Source: Mobula hypostoma
Taxonomy: Eukaryota
DNA length: 64,000 nt
Direction: 5' to 3'
NCBI RefSeq assembly: GCF_963921235.1
Contig: NC_086108.1
Span: 32,986,001 to 33,050,000, forward strand
Shown here: piece by piece, positions 61,346 to 64,000 of the stretch
Layout: each line of letters opens with the position of its first letter
Numbering within the stretch: the first letter of the stretch is position 1
The notes under the pieces: model-generated
Database searches by the model: none
The model's input: the letters and a program-made list of their open reading frames with translations, nothing else
Told to the model about the DNA's origin: nothing
Translations under genes and position numbers: made by a program

Positions 61346-62460
61346 CTGATCTGCTTCTAGCTGTCTTTGCTGACTTACTTTTGTCTTCACAGATACTGCC
61401 TGACTTGCTGAGTGTTTCCAGTATTTTCTGCTTTTATTTAAAATTTAAATGTTTCATCTACTGACTTAAAGTGTTTTGGCAAGATAAACTCTTGATGATT
61501 AATGTGACAGCTAAGTGTTAGGACCTATTGCCTCTTGCCCTTACAGTGACTTGAAAAGCATTGTAAGCCTCCTCGAAGTGCTTCCACAACCCTTGGGCTT
61601 GATCCATATCCTGTCTGAAAGTGGACCAAAAAAAAAGAATCACAATCAAGCCCACTGCAGTTTCCAAAGATGCATCAACAGCACTGGGAACAAATGCTAT
61701 AGCCTATCCTTTGTTGTGCTGCAGTCTGTTACAAAGAAGGGAAAAGAATAGAGCAAATACAGCTTTAAATTGGAGCTCGTCCATCAGACAGTGAAATCAA
61801 GAGTGACTTCTTTCAAGAAACAGAAATAATAGATAGAGATGTAGCCCATCCTGCTTTTAAGCAGGGACACTTACAATTTATTAGGTGATGTGCTTTGGGA
61901 CAGGATCTGCATTCCTCACCAAAGTTCCACATGCTGACAAATTCGGCTGATACTGACAATATTGTGGGCAGCTTTCAGTCCCCTGATCTCTCATTTTGGG
62001 AAGAGTCTTCAGGTGATTGCCAGGATGGGTACGAGCTACTCTGATTATGCTACATTATTGCTGAGCATTTCCACACTCTGACCTCTCTCCAGCAGTCAAT
62101 CTGTTCTTTGTTGATCATTTACTTGAACTGAGGGATGCGGAAGGAAGAGAATTGAATGAACTGTCTGCAAAGTGGAGGCTGGGGATTTGTAAAATATGAG
62201 ACTATTTTGTTGCACCATCTGCTTCGATTCCAAAGATGGAATTGTGACAATATGCTGATGTTGGCACCATAGAGCAACTTATTCCATTTGACAATGGACT
62301 ATCGTGGGATTAGATTTACCCTGCTCCCTCTGTCAACTGTCCACACTTTACTGATCAGGACAATGGTAACAAGAAGGATTAACCTGACATTATGGACTTC
62401 TTAACCCAGGGCTATATCAACAGGGTTCCATTGATATTTTAACAGAACTACCTCAGAGTT

Positions 62461-62712
62461 ATAAACAGAGGAGATTCTGCAAATGTTGGGAATCCAGAGC
62501 AACACACACAAAAGGCTGGATGAACTCAGCAGGTCACCTATGTAAATAAGTAAACAGTCGATGTTTCAGGACAAGACCCTTCAGAAGGACAGGAAAGGAA
62601 GGGGGAAGTTGCCAGAACAAGAAGGTGGGGGAGGGGAAGGAAGACAAGCTAGAATGTGACAGGTGAAGCCAGGTGGGTGGGGGAAGGGGGTGAAGTAAGA
62701 AGCTGGGACTAC
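62461..62712 (-). mobile_element. PLE terminal repeat with decayed hammerhead (62555-62592)
   Basis: CUGUC-CUUCUGA-AGGGUCUUGUCCU-GAAA-CAUC-GACUG. Confidence 0.8.
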
Positions 62713-63041
62713 AATCCCTGTGCAACGAGGTATAGGTATGTATCTCAAGAAATCATAATGTGAAGGGGAATCACAGAGGAACACCAAAGATGCACCAACA
62801 GACTTTACAAACACATTGTCCAGGAATGGTGCGCCTTCCCCAAACATTAATAGTTGGCATAACAGGCATTGCAATGATATCTACCTTCATGAACAGGCTC
62901 CAAGAAACATCAGAGCTGGCAGTGAGAATCAGAATCAGGTTTTATATCACTGCCATATGTGATGAAATGTGTTGCCTTTGTGGCAGCAGTACAAAGCAAT
63001 ACAGTACATAATAGAAGAGAAAAAAAACATGAATTACAGTA

Positions 63042-64000
63042 AGACCATAAGGCATAAGAGCAGAATTAGGCCATTTGGCCCATCAAGTCTGCTCTGTCAT
63101 TCAATCATGACTGATCCTTTTTATTTCCCTCCTCAGCCCCACTCCCCGACCTTCTCCTTGTAACCTTTGATGCTGTTCCCAATCAAGAACCTATCAAACT
63201 CTGCTTTAAATACACCCAACAACCTGGCCTCCACAGCTGCCTGTGGTAACATATTCCACAAATTCACCACCCTCTGCCAAAAAAAATTCTCCGCATCTCT
63301 GACTTAAATGGACGCTCCTCTATCCTGAGGCTGTGCCCTCTTGTCCTATCACATCCTTTCCACATCTATTCTGTCTCGGCCTTCCAACATTCTAAAGGTT
63401 TTGATGAGATCCCCCTCATCCTTCTAAATTACAGCAAGTACAGACCCAGAGCCATTAATCGTTCCTCGTATGATAATTCTTTCATTCCCGGAATCATTCT
63501 TGTGAACCTCCTCTGAACCCTCTCCAATACCAGCACATCTTTTCTTACATGACGAGACCAAAACTGTTCACAATACTTAAGGTGAAGCCTCACCAGTGCT
63601 TTATAAAGCCTCAGCATCACATCCTGCTCTTGCATTCTAGACCTCCTGAAATGAAAACTAACAGTGCATTTGCCTTCCTTACCACTGACACAACCTGCAA
63701 GTTAACCTTTAGGGTGTTCTGCACAAGAACTCCCAAGTCCTTTTGCATCTCTGATTTTTGGATTTTTTCCCCATTTAGAAAATAGTTTGCACATTTATTT
63801 CTTCTACCAAAGTGCAAGACCATGCATTTTCCAATATAGTATTTCATTTACCACTTTTTTGCCCATTCTCCTTATCTGTCTAAGTCCTTCTACAGCCTTC
63901 CTTTTTCCTTAATGCTACCTGTCCCTCCACCAATCTTTGTATCATCTGCAAACTTGGCAACAAAGTCATCTATTCCATCATCTAAATAATTGATATACAG
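63042..64000 (-). mobile_element. CR1 LINE 3' part, runs off window end
   Basis: ORFs 63617-63847 and 63429-63635, with a TCTTATGG-type tail. Confidence 0.92.

Overview
Eukaryotic, vertebrate DNA with no recognisable host exon. The repeat repertoire suggests a cartilaginous fish, probably a ray (inference from recalled repeat families, not a search). The window is mostly nested, largely decayed transposable elements: CR1 LINEs of at least two lineages, Rex1/Babar, L2, RTE, Tx1-like and R4/Dong LINE fragments, Penelope-like elements (PLEs) of two clades, tRNA-derived SINEs, Tigger/pogo and Tc1-like DNA transposons, and two LTR-like pieces. The long ORFs that could be assigned are TE ORFs or their antisense shadows. 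Main observations: (1) PLE terminal repeats carry minimal type I hammerhead ribozyme motifs of two distinct families. They include very short (~70-100 nt) young insertions that stop inside the ribozyme and a 680-bp inverted double-hammerhead insertion with a TSD. (2) The near full-length young CR1 has a correctly phased U-UUA-AAC slippery heptamer directly before the ORF1 stop, and slippage would enter an AUG-less ORF2, suggesting -1 programmed frameshifting. (3) That CR1 looks like a recombinant carrying an ORF1 module shared with a different CR1 lineage. (4) There is a multi-layer nest built on a (TAA)n tract, including a Dong-like element. Boundaries not fixed by a TSD or TIR are approximate.
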